A stretch of DNA of 63,944 nt, counting the filler, from Octopus bimaculoides (Eukaryota): NCBI RefSeq assembly GCF_001194135.2. It is 6 parts of 6 records of this genome, joined end to end, with 100 filler letters (N's around TTAATTAATTAA, not from the genome) between each part and the next. Parts side by side here need not be neighbours in the genome. Positions count along the whole stretch, not along the records: positions 45,742 to 51,715 come from NW_026319499.1; positions 51,816 to 62,498 come from NC_069005.1; positions 62,599 to 63,944 come from NC_069002.1; 3 more parts are not named here. One strand, 5' to 3'. Made by a program: the position numbers and the translations under genes. This document shows, piece after piece, positions 50,360-63,130 of the stretch. The first letter of the stretch is position 1. Each line of letters begins with the position of its first letter. Below the pieces are notes generated by a model. It worked only from the letters and a program-made list of their open reading frames with translations. It did not search any database and was not told the origin of the DNA.

Positions 50360-50686
50360 TAGAAAATGACTATTTGTAAATCTCACAATGAGAGATATTC
50401 AGCAACAGTACTTTGTAGTAAAGATTGTTTGCCAACATAACATGGCAGTCCTGGTTTAGGAGGAATGTTGCTGTAATTTAGCCCCAGGAGACATCGTCTC
50501 CAGCTGGCTATACGACACGATCTGTGTCCTTATATTTTGCAGCCAGCTGGAGACGATGTCTCCTGGGGCTAAATTACAGCAACATTCGTCCTAAACCAGG
50601 ACTGCCATGTTATGTTGGCAATCTTTACTACAAAGTACTGTTGCTAAATATCTCACGTTGTGAGATTTAAAAATAGTAATTTTCTA
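50360..50686. repeat. Near-perfect inverted repeat (arms 50360-50509 and 50541-50686, 31-nt spacer)
   Basis: The arms match by direct comparison, with a few substitutions and one 4-nt indel. A third partial direct copy lies at ~50063-50187. Confidence 0.92.
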
Positions 50687-50942
50687 TATCATAAGTTTTT
50701 GAAAAATCTTCCTACTCAATATATGAGTGTACAGATACATGCATTCACCTTACATATGTATAACCTTTTGTTCGTGTATACAGTTAAATGCCATAAACAT
50801 GTGTATCTTTACAGTTATATTGTAAATGCTTGCAATGCTAACTATATTCTGGCTTATGGCAAAATGGCAAATGGCTTTTATGCACATGTTAATGTGGGTT
50901 CCTGTGTGTGTGTGTTTGTAGGTGAGTGGTGTGTGTACTCAC

Positions 50943-51053
50943 GTGGTAAAATGTGTACTCGTAGCCATCGGGGTTGGAGCATGGTATGAATATCCAGTCA
51001 TAAAGTCCGAGTAAGTGTATGACGTCTGAATCGAAGTCGAAATCATTCGCAAA
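50943..51053 (-). CDS. M14A carboxypeptidase exon (FANDFDFDSDVIHLLGLYDWIFIPCSNPDGYEYTFYH)
   Basis: Acceptor TTTACAG, donor GTGAGT, 111 nt, phase 0/0. NPDGY motif. This frame is not in the ORF track. Confidence 0.93.
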
Positions 51054-51431
51054 CTGTAAATAGCAAAGGTGAACTGATGATAACTACAATGGTAGCAACT
51101 ACAACAAGTAACCCAACGTAAGATAGTGTGGGAAGGGCCACAGGGGGACAGGTGCCATGGGAACAAAATTTCAAAAGAAAATGAAAAGGTGTGGCTGTGT
51201 CATAAGATGCTTTTAGTTGGACAAAATTTGGTAAGGAAAACATTGGATGGTGTTGCCCTAGTTAGATTTCATAAGAAAAAGTGAAGAAAAGATTAGGATG
51301 GTGATGGTGATGGTTAGAATGCGTTTAGATATTTTTATGAGTGTACTTGATAAGACTCGACATGGACTTAAACAACAACACTAACACAACAACAACAACA
51401 ACCACAAACAGAGGGCATAAACTGCTCTTAC

Positions 51432-51530
51432 CCTTTCAATAATTTTCATCAGAGACGCTGTACTAATCCATTCACGAGCATGCATGCCAGCCTCCACGAA
51501 CACTGCCTTCTTTCCTGGGCCCGTAGAAAA
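51432..51530 (-). CDS. M14A carboxypeptidase exon (FSTGPGKKAVFVEAGMHAREWISTASLMKIIER)
   Basis: Acceptor TTTTCTCTCTCACAG, donor GTAAGA, 99 nt, phase 0/0. GxHAREW motif with two zinc ligands. Confidence 0.95.
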
Positions 51531-51815
51531 CTGTGAGAGAGAAAATATAGACAAAATGGCGACACGAAAAATACACCATTTCAAGCATGGCTGTTGATCG
51601 CTACCAACGTCGCCTCCCTGGCACGTGAAAAGAAATTCGAGCGAGATCGTTGTCATATATATATGTATATATATATATAGATATGTATATGTATATATAT
51701 ATATGTATATGTATANNNNNNNNNNNNNNNNNNNNNNNNNNNNNNNNNNNNNNNNNNNNTTAATTAATTAANNNNNNNNNNNNNNNNNNNNNNNNNNNNN
51801 NNNNNNNNNNNNNNN

Positions 51816-53900
51816 CTCTCTTGAGAGCAAATATGAACCAGTTTCATCAAAGGTTGCGCCACTACGGAGCAAGGATGGCTCAGAATTATTAACAAATACT
51901 AAAGATATTGTTGGATGATGGGAAGAACATTTTGATGAGTTGCTCAATAGACCCACTGAAGTTGATCTGTCTTTTCTTGATAATATACCCGAGACCAATA
52001 AAACATCGTATAGCAGAAATAAAAGCAGCAATCAGGAAATTGAACAATGGAAAGGCCCCTGGTATGGATGGACTAAGTGCAGAGATATATAAATATGGTG
52101 GTGATCATATTTGTGCAATATTGAGGAATGTGATTCAGAGGGTTTGGCAACAAAGTGAAGAGGTTCCTCCGGATTGGCATGATGCAACTATGGAGATACT
52201 ATATAAATCTAAAGGTGGAAAGGATGTCTGTGATAATTTTCGTGACATCTGTCTGTTAGCTGCTTCTGGAAAGGTCCTCTGGAAAGGTAATGCTAGATAG
52301 ATTGCTTCTGCACATTGCTGTTGAGGTTCTACCAGAATCGCAATGTAGGTTTTGGGATAGTAGGAGTACTATGAATATGATATTTTCGGCTAGACAATTG
52401 CAAGAGAAGTGCATCGAATAGGATGTGGACTTATACCAGGTTTTCATTGACCTAACAAAAGCGTTTTATTCTATCAATAGAATTGCACTTTGGGAGATCC
52501 TAAAAAGGCTAGGATGCCCTGAAAAATTTGTGAGAATGCTTAGACAATTTTATGACAAGATGGAAGTGAGAGTTAATGTTGGAGGTACCTTATCAGATCC
52601 AATTTCTGTAGAAAATGGTGTGAAGCAAGTTGATATTCCTGCTCCTACACTGTTTGCAACATATTTCACAATAGTCTTTCAAATAGCTTTTGAAGATTGC
52701 TCTGAAGGGGTCTATATAAGATATAGGACAACAGGAAAACTGTTCAATCTCGAAAGACTCTGTACCAAAACGAAAGTTCTGCATTCTCACCTTGTTGAGT
52801 TTCTGTATGCAGATGATTGTGACCTGTTGGCACATTCTCAGAAAGATATGCAGCACATGGTGAATGCGATTTCTGCATCATGCGCAGCATTGTGTCTAAC
52901 AATCAATCTAACAAAAAAATGTTATAATGTACCAGCCCGCTCCCTCCAAGATGTATGTGGAACCTTTTATAACTGTGAATGGTCAAAGGTTGGATACTGT
53001 ACCTAGGTTTATTTATTTAGGAAGTACGTTGAGCACTGCTGGTCTTGATAATGAAATTTCATACAGAATCAGCAGGGCTAGTAGTGCTTTTGGTAGGCTT
53101 GATAGGCATCTGTGGAAACAACATATATCTTCACAAATTCAAGTTAAGGTATATAACACGTGCGTCCTGCCATCTTTGCTATATGGAAGTGAGGCATGGG
53201 CTGTTCACCATTATCAGGTAAGGCAATTGGAACGATTTCCTCAATACTATCTGAGAAAAATGTTGGGGTAAACTGGAAAATGGCCATTACTAATGTGGAG
53301 GTGCTTGAGAGGAGTGGCAGTAGAAGTATAGAGTCAATGATTTTGCAAAGACGTTTGAGGTGGGGGGCACATTTGGTAAGGATGAGTGATGAGTGACTGC
53401 CCAAGCAGCTATTGTATGGTGAACTGGAAGATGGCAGGAGACCAGCGCATAAGCCTAAACTAAGGTTTCAGGATTGCCTTTAAAATGCTCTAATACAGAC
53501 AGGAATTGCAGCTGTGATGGATAGAGAAAAATAGTACATGATGGTTATTCAAGGTTTGAGAGAGAGAGAGAGTGAAGTATGAGGGAATTAAGAAGTGTTG
53601 CTTTTTATGTGTATGGTTTGTGGGCGGAGGTGTTTGAGTCGTGCAGGCCTGGTAAGCTATCAAAATTTCCATAGAAAGCGACCCATGATAAACAATGATG
53701 TGGCTATTAAAATTCATAACAGAATGTGTGTAAAATGTGGAAGGGTGTGCCTCTCAGTTGGAGGTCTAAAAAGACATGTTAAGAAAGTGTATATTGGCAC
53801 CTGTTTCTCCTGCCAGCCAGCACAGTTGTCTAGTATGTAATAAAATGTGTAAAAGCTTGGCTGGGCTTAAAAGTCATATAAGGGCATCACATGGAATCAT
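51816..53900 (+). mobile_element. RTE/BovB-like LINE (different family): RT plus C-terminal zinc fingers
   Basis: KAPGMDG, NFRDICLL, FIDLTKAF, GVKQVDIPAPTLF, LYADD, LLYGSEAW, LRWGAHLVRM, and three CxxC..H..H repeats at 53595-53895. Confidence 0.9.
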
Positions 53901-54769
53901 TTCAGTAAGTCTTTTTGGCAATGGCTTTTCTGGTGTAACGAGAATGCAGCTGTGATGTGATATATATGAATATATATGTATCTATATGTATATACATATA
54001 TATATATATAATATTATTGTTCTTTCTTACGAAAAATATAGGACTGCTTCAGAAGTGTTCGGGTCGAACCCGAGACAAAACATAAGGATTAAGATATAAA
54101 TTCAAATTAGGCAATCATACTCATACAGTTATAAATTCGGCTTAAAATGCGCATACTTATATAATACAAAGAATATTTTTTTAAAATTTATAAAATATAA
54201 ATATAAATATACATAAAAATACATGTAAATAAGACCCATATGGGATACGTACGAAAGGATGTGTGAGAAAAAGAGAACTGATAAATATTTTTTTTGTACT
54301 AAAATTAAGAGCGGTTAAGAGTTTCAATTAAAAGATCCATAGAAGTCGATGTGTTTGTTAAAAATTATATAAATGGTATATAATGTATATAATACAATTC
54401 GAGGAAGTCCACTTTCTACGGTCGTTTCCAGAATTCATGCCCTGGTAGAAAAATTAATAAAAAGATCTTAGAAACCATGCGGACAATATCCCTTTCATAA
54501 GAAAAGGTATCCTCAAAAATCACATTCAATTTTTTTATTGCCCACTGGGGGCCAACAAAGCGGAGAAATACACTTGATGAGGTGGAATGATTTAGCAATG
54601 AGATGTACGATCTTATTAAAAATTTCTGATATAATAAAATCGAATGAAAATAAACAAACAAAATCACATGTACAATGGAGTGGTGGGGGGATAGATTCCG
54701 CTTGGATCCCACAAACTCCGTTCCACCACTGAAACTCTGTAACTCCTTTAAGTAGTACTCATGTTGGTA

Positions 54770-55310
54770 CATGAATACTACATCCATAGCGCACCCTTTA
54801 ACGGACGCCCATCTGTCATCGATGACGGTGATTGAGAAAATTCCACGTAAAACTACTCGAGAACTGGCAAAAGAACTTCAAGTTAGCCAGAAAACTGCCT
54901 GCAACCACTTGCATGCGATCGAAAAATCAAAAAAGTTCGACAAATGGGTACCACACGATTTGAATGAAAATCAGAAAAGCGCAGATATGAAATTTGCTCG
55001 TCGCTTCTTCTCCGTAGCCAGACCGATCCATTTCTCGACCGTATTGTAACTTGCGATAAAAAGTGGATTCTGTACAATGATAGAAAATGTTCTTCGCAGT
55101 GGTTGGACCAAAATGAAGCACCGAAAAGCTGCCCTAAATCCGAGCGGGGCCAATCATTCTTCATGACAATGCTCGACCACACGTTTCACTAACGACGCTC
55201 CAAAAGCTGAGGACACTTAGATACGAACTTCTTCTCCACCCAGCTTATTCCCCAGACCTTTCTCCTACCGACTATCACTTTTTCAAGCACCTTGATTGTT
55301 TCCTGCGAGA
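54770..55310 (+). mobile_element. mariner transposase remnant, internally deleted
   Basis: KWVPHDL, RIVTCDKKWILY, HDNARPH, HPAYSPDLSPTDYHFF. Confidence 0.9.
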
Positions 55311-55374
55311 GAAGGACCCCATCAATTGTATCGTCGCCTCTTTTTTGGCACCCAGTGGGCAATAAAAGAATGAG

Positions 55375-56801
55375 TATTCATGTTGGATGTACGTGGCCTG
55401 ATGTCAAGCTGGAAATAAGGACGCTTCCTTAACGATATCAGGTCACATGAATTAGATGTTATTGTCGCTACTGAAACCTGGTTGACCGGACCAAGAGACT
55501 TACTCTTGCTCCTGAATGGTTATGGGAAAGTAATTTCTAAGGAAGACCTGGTTTCAGAGAAAAAGGTAATTTTTCTTGGTAAGTCAATCAGGCTGGTTGC
55601 AATTTATGAACCAACTAGTAATGATGGTAAAAGTGATTATTTTCGAGGCCTCGAGAAATTTCTGGGTACGTCACATTCTCTAGTGTTGATAGGAGACTTT
55701 AACGCAATCCGTGATGCACGAGTAGATTATGTTAGCTCAAACCAAAATAGGAGGGGTAACCCATGCCTCAAGCATCTGCTAAGTCGCTTTCAGCTAGCAT
55801 TTCCCTACAGATTAGAATTCCCGAACATTCCAGTGTGGACATGGTCAAGTAGCGACGGGTCTTCCAGAGTTTACCTAGGTAAGTTATTCATTAGAATTAA
55901 TGATAGAAACCTAGCTAAGTGCCCACAGTTTCCTCATGTCAGCTATAGCGATCACAAGCTTGTGACCTGTAAGCTCGACATAGATAAGCTATATAGACTA
56001 AGATCCGGCTACTGGAAACTCAACACGTCCCTTTTGGCGAACGAGGAGTACAGGAGTCGGATTAAGTTGTTAGTACAGAGGGTATTGACCGGTTCTATTT
56101 TGAATAATAATTGATGGTATGCTCTCAAGCGAGCCATTAAAATTTGAGTCTGTCAGATATATCATAGGACGAGTGGCTAAGGAAACTTGGAAGGAAAGAC
56201 CACTGGTTAAGGCACTAGAAGAGGCAATGGGGACTGGTTCAGCAACCCTGCTGTTGGCAAAGAGACTGGAATTAAACCAGCACCTCTAAGCCAAACACAT
56301 AGGAAGCATTATCAGAGCTAGAACTCGTGCAATGGGAAGTGAGGGAATAAAGGCCGCTGGATGAGCCCGAGTGGTAGAAGCTCAACGTGGCAATAATGCC
56401 ACTGTAAGATCTTTGATGAATCAACAAGGTAAGCTGGTAAACGAAGCCGAGGAGATGTGTGCGGCCTTTCAGGAGCACTTCGCTCAGTTTTTCGGGTGGA
56501 GCAGTGGACTGGAGAGTAGGAGGGACCTTACGGACTTCCTCACCGGGCTACTGCGTCTCTCGGGGTGAGAATCGGAGTGCTGTGAAGGGCCAATCACAGC
56601 TACGGAAGTGGAAGATGCTATGACGGACTGCAGCGGGAACAAAGTGCCGGGATTTGATGGTCTACCCAATGAATTATATGGCAGCAGAATGGGTTTATTC
56701 CCAGATTTGTATGTCAGGGAGTGGTGACACTGGTTAGGAAGGACCCGAACAAGGGGGATTCATTAGATAATTTTCGGCCCACTACTCTGTTAAACACAGA
56801 G
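55375..56801 (+). mobile_element. Tx1/L1-like LINE copy 1 (APE to start of RT)
   Basis: VRGL, ATETW, IGDFN, SDHKLV, GYWKLN, PGFDGLP, KDPNKGDSLDNFRP. Confidence 0.85.
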
Positions 56802-59800
56802 CCAGTATATACAGAAGGGAGGAGACGAACAGAGAGCTTGATGTTGAACGGCTACGAGAAGAACCCGTCCACCCGAACGATCGAGTCGATGTTACTGTAT
56901 AAAGAAATGATCCTGAATGCTGCTAGAACCGACACTAGATACCAATGGTCAACACTGTAAAAAGCTTTGGACTGGTCTAAATGGACCAGCGCCCCACCCT
57001 TGCCAGTAGACCCGTTAATCCTCTCTAAGGTGTACCGAGATTGTCGTGCATGTATCTGCCAGGAGCGGCACAAGTTTGTGCTTCCCCGACGATTCTACCC
57101 ACGACACGCACCAACCTTTTCACTAACACCTTGGCCAAAATCTTCAACTCTGTGTTTAGCAAGTGATGGGCCGGAAATTATCTATAATATCCCCCTTGTT
57201 TGGGTCCTTTCTAGGCAGCGTCACCACTCCCCGGCTCACAAATCTAGGTATAAACCCATTCTGTTGCCAGTTGATGAAGACGCGTGCCAGTAGGTGCCCG
57301 AACAAGTCTGGCATACTGTTATAAAGCTCGTAGGGGAGACCATCTAGTCCCGGCGACTTGTCCCCGCCGCAGTCCGACAAAGCCTCCCGCACTTCCGCAG
57401 CTGTGAGCGGCCCCTCACAGTATTCCGCTTCCCGTCCCGAGAGACGCGGCACGCCAACGAGGAAGTCCGTGAGGTCCCTTCTTTATTCCGGCCCGCCGCT
57501 CCTCCTGAAAAGCAGGGCGAAATGCTCCTGAAAGACCTTACACATCTCCTCGGGTTCGTTTACCAAGTTCCCTTGATTGTTCATCAAAGACCTTATATCG
57601 CAATTATTGCCACGTTGGGTCTCTATCACACGGGCCCATCCCGCGACTTTCCGTCCTTCTCGTTCCATTGCACGTTGCTTAGCCCTGGCTACGCATCCTA
57701 CGTTTTTAGCCTCGCTGCTAAAACTCGGGGCGCAGAGCCAGATTCCAGTGCTTCGTGTAGGGCCCTAACCAAAGCCCTTTCTCTATTTTTCGTAGCCACT
57801 AACTCTTTACTATACCTAAGAGACTCAATTTTATGACTCTTCCGAGGGCATACCACCATTTGTTGTTAATAATGGCACCACATAATGCCCTCATCACTAA
57901 CTGTCTAATCCGACTCCTGTACTCCTCATGAGCCCAAAGTGACTTATTGAGTTTCCAGTAGCCGGATCCCTGTCTAAGTAACTTATTTAAGTCCAGCCTA
58001 CAGGTCACAAATTTGTGATCAATGTAGCTGACATAGTGAAATTGTGGACGACTAACTAGGATTTTGTCAATTTCCCTAATTAGAATCCTGTCTAAATAAG
58101 ATCTAGATGACCCATTGCTATTAGTCCATGTCCACAATGGAGTGTCTCGGACATCTAGTCTGTACCTGTCTGCCAGCTGAAATGGACTGAGTAGATTACT
58201 AAAGCACGGGTTTCCCCCTCCTAAAAGTAGACGAGCCAACGTAATCTACGAGTGCATCGCAGATTACGTTAAAGTCATCTAATGTTACTATGGTGTGAGA
58301 CATCTCAAGAAACTTCTCCAGGCCTCGAAATAAATCAGACTGTCCAGTTCCCGTGGGAGCGTACACAGCTACCAGCCTGAAGAAGACCCTTCCGGGTCGA
58401 TGAAGATGGTTCTTGTCTCTAAATTCAGGTTTCCTCCGAGCAGCACAGTGACGTCTCTCCCTCCTCCAGGTAGGCATGGAGGAATAATTTTCTCGTAGCC
58501 ATTTAGGAGGGAGGAAAAAGTCTTTTTGACTACTCAGTCTGGACTTTGCGACAACTATAAAATCCATTCTATGCGACCTGAGGTCATTAAGGAAGCGACC
58601 TGAGGTCATTAAGGAAACGACCTTGTTTCCACTCTGACCGGAGGTCGCATACATTCAAACACCCTACGTTAAGAATGTCCATAATGGTTATACTTACAGA
58701 TGAGATGAGGTGGCACGTCCATCTCATTCCCTTTCTCTGGGGCTTGCGAGGTGTCGTTGACTAGGTCCTCAAACATTAGTGGGGAAAAGTCTTTCCTCAG
58801 AGAGCTCACGTCGTTTTTAAGTCGATTTTCCAACATGTAATAATTGACTCTGTCTATTTTATAAATTGCAATGATTTGGGGGATGTTTTACCCCTCGTAG
58901 TCTTTGGTTATGTTGGCCGCATTGGGTATGTCTTTTAATTACTGCAGTAGTGACTTGTTAATCGTCACTACTGTAGTATAATTCATGTCTAGATGGGTGG
59001 AGCACATTTTAGGCTGGGATTTTTTATAGTTGTGTGTTCTGTTTGTCGTTTTTTTTTTTGATTTGTTGTAGCGCTAGTGGAGTTGGATGGGGAGGGTCTT
59101 TTTCTTTTTTTCCTGAAGAAAATCCTCCCACCTTTCTCCTTGGGCTTTCTCCATCTCCTCTTCCTCTTTTTCATTTTCAAAAGTTTCTTCATGCGTTTCA
59201 CCTGCAGTTTCTTCTGTTTGTTTTTCTATAGGTGGGGGAGTCGCTGCTTTTTCGGGAGGAGGCTGGCACTCGGCTCTAATGTGGCCTTTTTGACCACACT
59301 TGTAACAACGAGGCTTCCTCCCCTCTACCCTGAATCGCAGCTTATAGTTTCTATAGTATTTTCTAAATCAGCCAGTGCAGCCTGTATAATCATTTCGAGG
59401 CTTTGCCCCTGCCCTTTCTGCAGCCCCAGCGCCGAGGCTTGGAGAATTGTTATCTTATCCTCCAAGCCGTTTATTATGGCTGCCACCCGCCAAGCAGGGT
59501 CTACTTCGGGTGGGATGTCTCCTACCTTAATCTTGGAAGTCCGTCTTCCAAGATAAGTAGGTAGGAGTACCACCACCGCAGTTTTTATTGGCTCTGTTGA
59601 TGCTTGTTTTGCCTTTTTCTCGGTTTTAAGACGGACTTCTATTGTGGCATACTTCACTTCTCTTGTGACGTGTGCCATGTCATTCCAAACTGGACGGATG
59701 CACAGCTCCACTGCCTCTTTACTTGTGTTGTCCAGTTTTTTTTTGCTTTGCTCACAAATGATTTGTATATCACGGTGCACCGCAGTGTATTATGTGTCGT

Positions 59801-60200
59801 TTCACTGCGAGGGGTAATCACCGTCTCGCTCCCCTCCCTTTTCATCATACCTTTATATTTTCCGAGCTCATCGCTTCCACAATTGTCTTTTTTGAGACAC
59901 CGGCCGCTGCTGCAAAATTGCTAGCTTTTCTTCCTTGAATAAACTCTGTCGGCATGCTATTTAAAACTGTGCTGCCTTCTCCGCTTCTGATATTTCCCCA
60001 TTCACTTGTACTAGGTTTACTATTGGTCTTGATAATAGGCGATCTGTCCATTCTTTTTGAAAAATACAACAATATTTCCCCTTCACACAAGGGAGAAAAC
60101 GTTAACAAAGACTGCCACACTCAACAAAATTTCAACAACGTAGTAATTCAACAGTGCTAATTCAACAAATTAACCACAAATATTACAAGTTACGCCAAAC
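56797..60200 (-). mobile_element. Tx1/L1-like LINE copy 2 (5' UTR, ORF1, APE, RT N-terminal half)
   Basis: ORF1 remnant 60120-58720 with CYKCGQKGHIRAEC knuckle. ORF2 contains DDFN, YIDHKFV, GYWKLN, SPGLDGLPYE, NFRPIT, LDQSKAF and SPLLYILA. Confidence 0.88.
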
Positions 60201-60399
60201 TTTTCGGGCAACGCCACAAACATACACGAACAAGTCGAGATGATTGGAACAGTTTTCTTTATTTTCCCACAAGGGGATTACACAGGGGGATTTACAAGGA
60301 CACTTACAGCATATACACAGTGTTACAATCATATGCTTAAAAATAAGATTATAATGAAATCGAATTGCAATTAGAATCGAATAATTTGGATTTATATGA

Positions 60400-62500
60400 A
60401 TTTGAAAATTTATAATTATGAAAAATTCCACAGGAATTGATACTTTCGGGGTTCTAATTAACCCATCGGTTCGTTTTTTATCTTCCAATACCCCCCCACA
60501 CACACACACTTCTTCACTTCTGACAGGCTTACAGTGTCTCGGTCTCATTTGCCCGCAGCATCTTTACTACTGACATCCATCTTTTCGCAAATTCTCTCTG
60601 AGACAAATTCCGGTAACTTTGCCCCAGGGCACTCGGAAAGCACCTCTATAACTTCTGTAGCTGTGGTCACCCTTTCACAGCACTCAACCTCTCCGCTGGC
60701 CAGGAAATCCTGAAGGGCATTCCCGTGGTCTAGCGCTCCGCCCCTCCCGAACAACGTGGCGAAGTGCTCGTAAAAGGCCTCACACATTTCCTCCTATCCT
60801 TGGACCGAACGTCCATGTTCATCCACCAAAGACCTTATCCCAGCATCAATACCACATTGAGTTGATACCCTCGCGACCCAGTGCACGTACTTTTGCTCGA
60901 ACCCTGCATCCCTCATGTTTGGTATTGAGGTGTCAGTCTAAGACCGATCTCACCGTCAAAACTTGGGGTGGAGAGCCCATTCTCGGCGCCTCTTCTAAGG
61001 ACTTAACTAATTTCCCTTCTACTCTAGTCTGTTCTAGACTTCCCTGTTCGCTATATCTAATTGACTCAAGTAGAATGGCTCGTTTGAGGGCATACCACCA
61101 CCGGTTATTTAACACAGTGCCGGTTAATTCCCTCATTACTAACTTTCTAATCTGACTACGGTAAGCTTCGCAAGCCAAAAGGGACTTGTTCAACTTCCAG
61201 TAGCCAGATCTCTGTCTATGCACTTTATCTGTATGCATACTACACGTCACTAATTTGTGATCCGTGTAGGAGACATAGGTAAATGGTGGACAGCTAAAAC
61301 TAGACCTATCTCTAGAATTAACTATAATCCTGTCTATGTAAGACCTGATTGATCTGTCGTTATTACTCCAAATCCACGTTGGAACGCTCGGATAATCAAG
61401 TCTGTATCGATCTGTCAGCCTAAATCGCTTCAGTAGATCGACGAGGCGTGAGTTATTTTCCCTACTGTTCGAGCCCACGCTATCCTGGCGTGCGTCCAGA
61501 ATAGCTAGTGTCTTTGACGTTACAAAAAATTCTCCAGGCGTCGATAGAAACCATTCCGTTTGCCTACCGTAATAGGCGCGTAATCATCTTGAAGGCTTTA
61601 TCCCTGAATGTTAGATCCAGAACGACCAGCTCACCTGGATCCACAAAGATCGTACGTATCTGCAGAGCCAAGTATTTTCGGAGCAGATCTACAACGCCTC
61701 CCCGCCCTCCGGTCTGGCTAGGAAACATGATTTTCTTATAGCCATTCAGGAGAGTCGAGAAGGTCTGCAGCTTGTCCAACTTGGTCTCTGTAGCAACCAT
61801 CACATCTATTCTATGTGACCTGAGATCGCTGAGGAAACAAGCTAGCTTCCACTCCGAGCTCAGGCCACGCACATTCAAACAAGCTATGCTGAGTGTAGCC
61901 ATGCCGAAGAAGAAAGAAAAAGGAAAAACTGGGCTTATCTGCCCTTTTCATCTGTTGAGGGAGATTGATATCAGTACCACTAAGATATCCTCCCCCTCTC
62001 CCTTCCTCTCTTCCAGACTCGGCTCCACCAGCGGGTTAATTAATTCTGGGAGCGTCCCAAGCTCCGCTATGTCTTTAAGATGTTATTCTTTAAATAATTA
62101 TTTGGAAATTTTGCCATAAGTGAGGATGTTTTTCTCATCCTCACTATGGTAAACTTTTGTTTAATAATGTTTTTTTAGGTGATTTTAAATGTCTTGCTCG
62201 CTTACGTTTTGGAATGCTGCTATATTTCATGTTGAGAGCAATTTAGGTCTTAATAGTCACAAGATGTGATCTATTTCTAGCACATTAATTGTCCACGTTA
62301 GTGGTCAACGTTATTTTTAAAAATGTACCTTAATCCCCTGAGATTGCAGATATTATTTCTGAATCTCTTTGATTCTTTAGATGTGCTGGCCTCCTGATAA
62401 TTAATCGATATTAATTAATGTTATGTTTCCCTCGGATGACTCGTAGAGATAACACAACGAGTTGTACAATTTAATTATTACATTTATTATTCAATTACNN
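60400..62500 (-). mobile_element. Tx1/L1-like LINE copy 3 (ORF1 tail, APE, linker, RT deleted)
   Basis: MATLSIACLNVRGL...VATETKL, SYIDRI, TDHKLV, GYWKLNKSLL. After PGAKLPE it jumps to a short C-terminal-like segment. Boundaries approximate. Confidence 0.8.
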
Positions 62501-62889
62501 NNNNNNNNNNNNNNNNNNNNNNNNNNNNNNNNNNNNNNNNNNTTAATTAATTAANNNNNNNNNNNNNNNNNNNNNNNNNNNNNNNNNNNNNNNNNNNNGA
62601 GGTGATAACTGAAGTGGATCATGGTGGAGGCATTGAGTGGTCAGAGAAAGAGTGAGCAGCAACAGAATAATAAGGGTTTCAAATTTTGGTGGAAGGCCAG
62701 TAATTTGTTTTTGGGGGGGAGTACACAAAATAATCTCTTTTTTTTTTTTCATATACCAAGGCCTAAATTCCCCATAGGAGGGGGTAGCCACAACAAGAAA
62801 CATACCAGGCATTCCACTCATTTCCCTGGGGGCAAGCCCCATCCTATGCTCAGGTCAATGCATAGAAAACAACCTCTGATATCAGCAGT

Positions 62890-63130
62890 GGCCCCACCAG
62901 AAATTTGGAAACGACATGCTGCACTGCTTGGCATTCATGCCGGAAGCTCTAATATGAACATTTTAGAGTATTTGGGTGTCAATCTGAGGACATGTACAAA
63001 GAGTGATAAAAATCAAACATCCAGTAACATCGTGGTGTTTGGAGTGATCACTTGTGATGGCGACGTTATGCCTCCATTCATCTTCCCACACGGCCTCAGA
63101 CTCAACATGGAGGCCTACATCAAGTACCTG
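62890..63130 (+). mobile_element. Tc1/mariner-superfamily (maT/DD37D-like) fragment
   Basis: PEIWKRHAALLGIHAGSSN...NIVVFGVITCDGDVMPPFIFPHGLRLNMEAYIK. The subfamily call is from memory. Confidence 0.7.
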
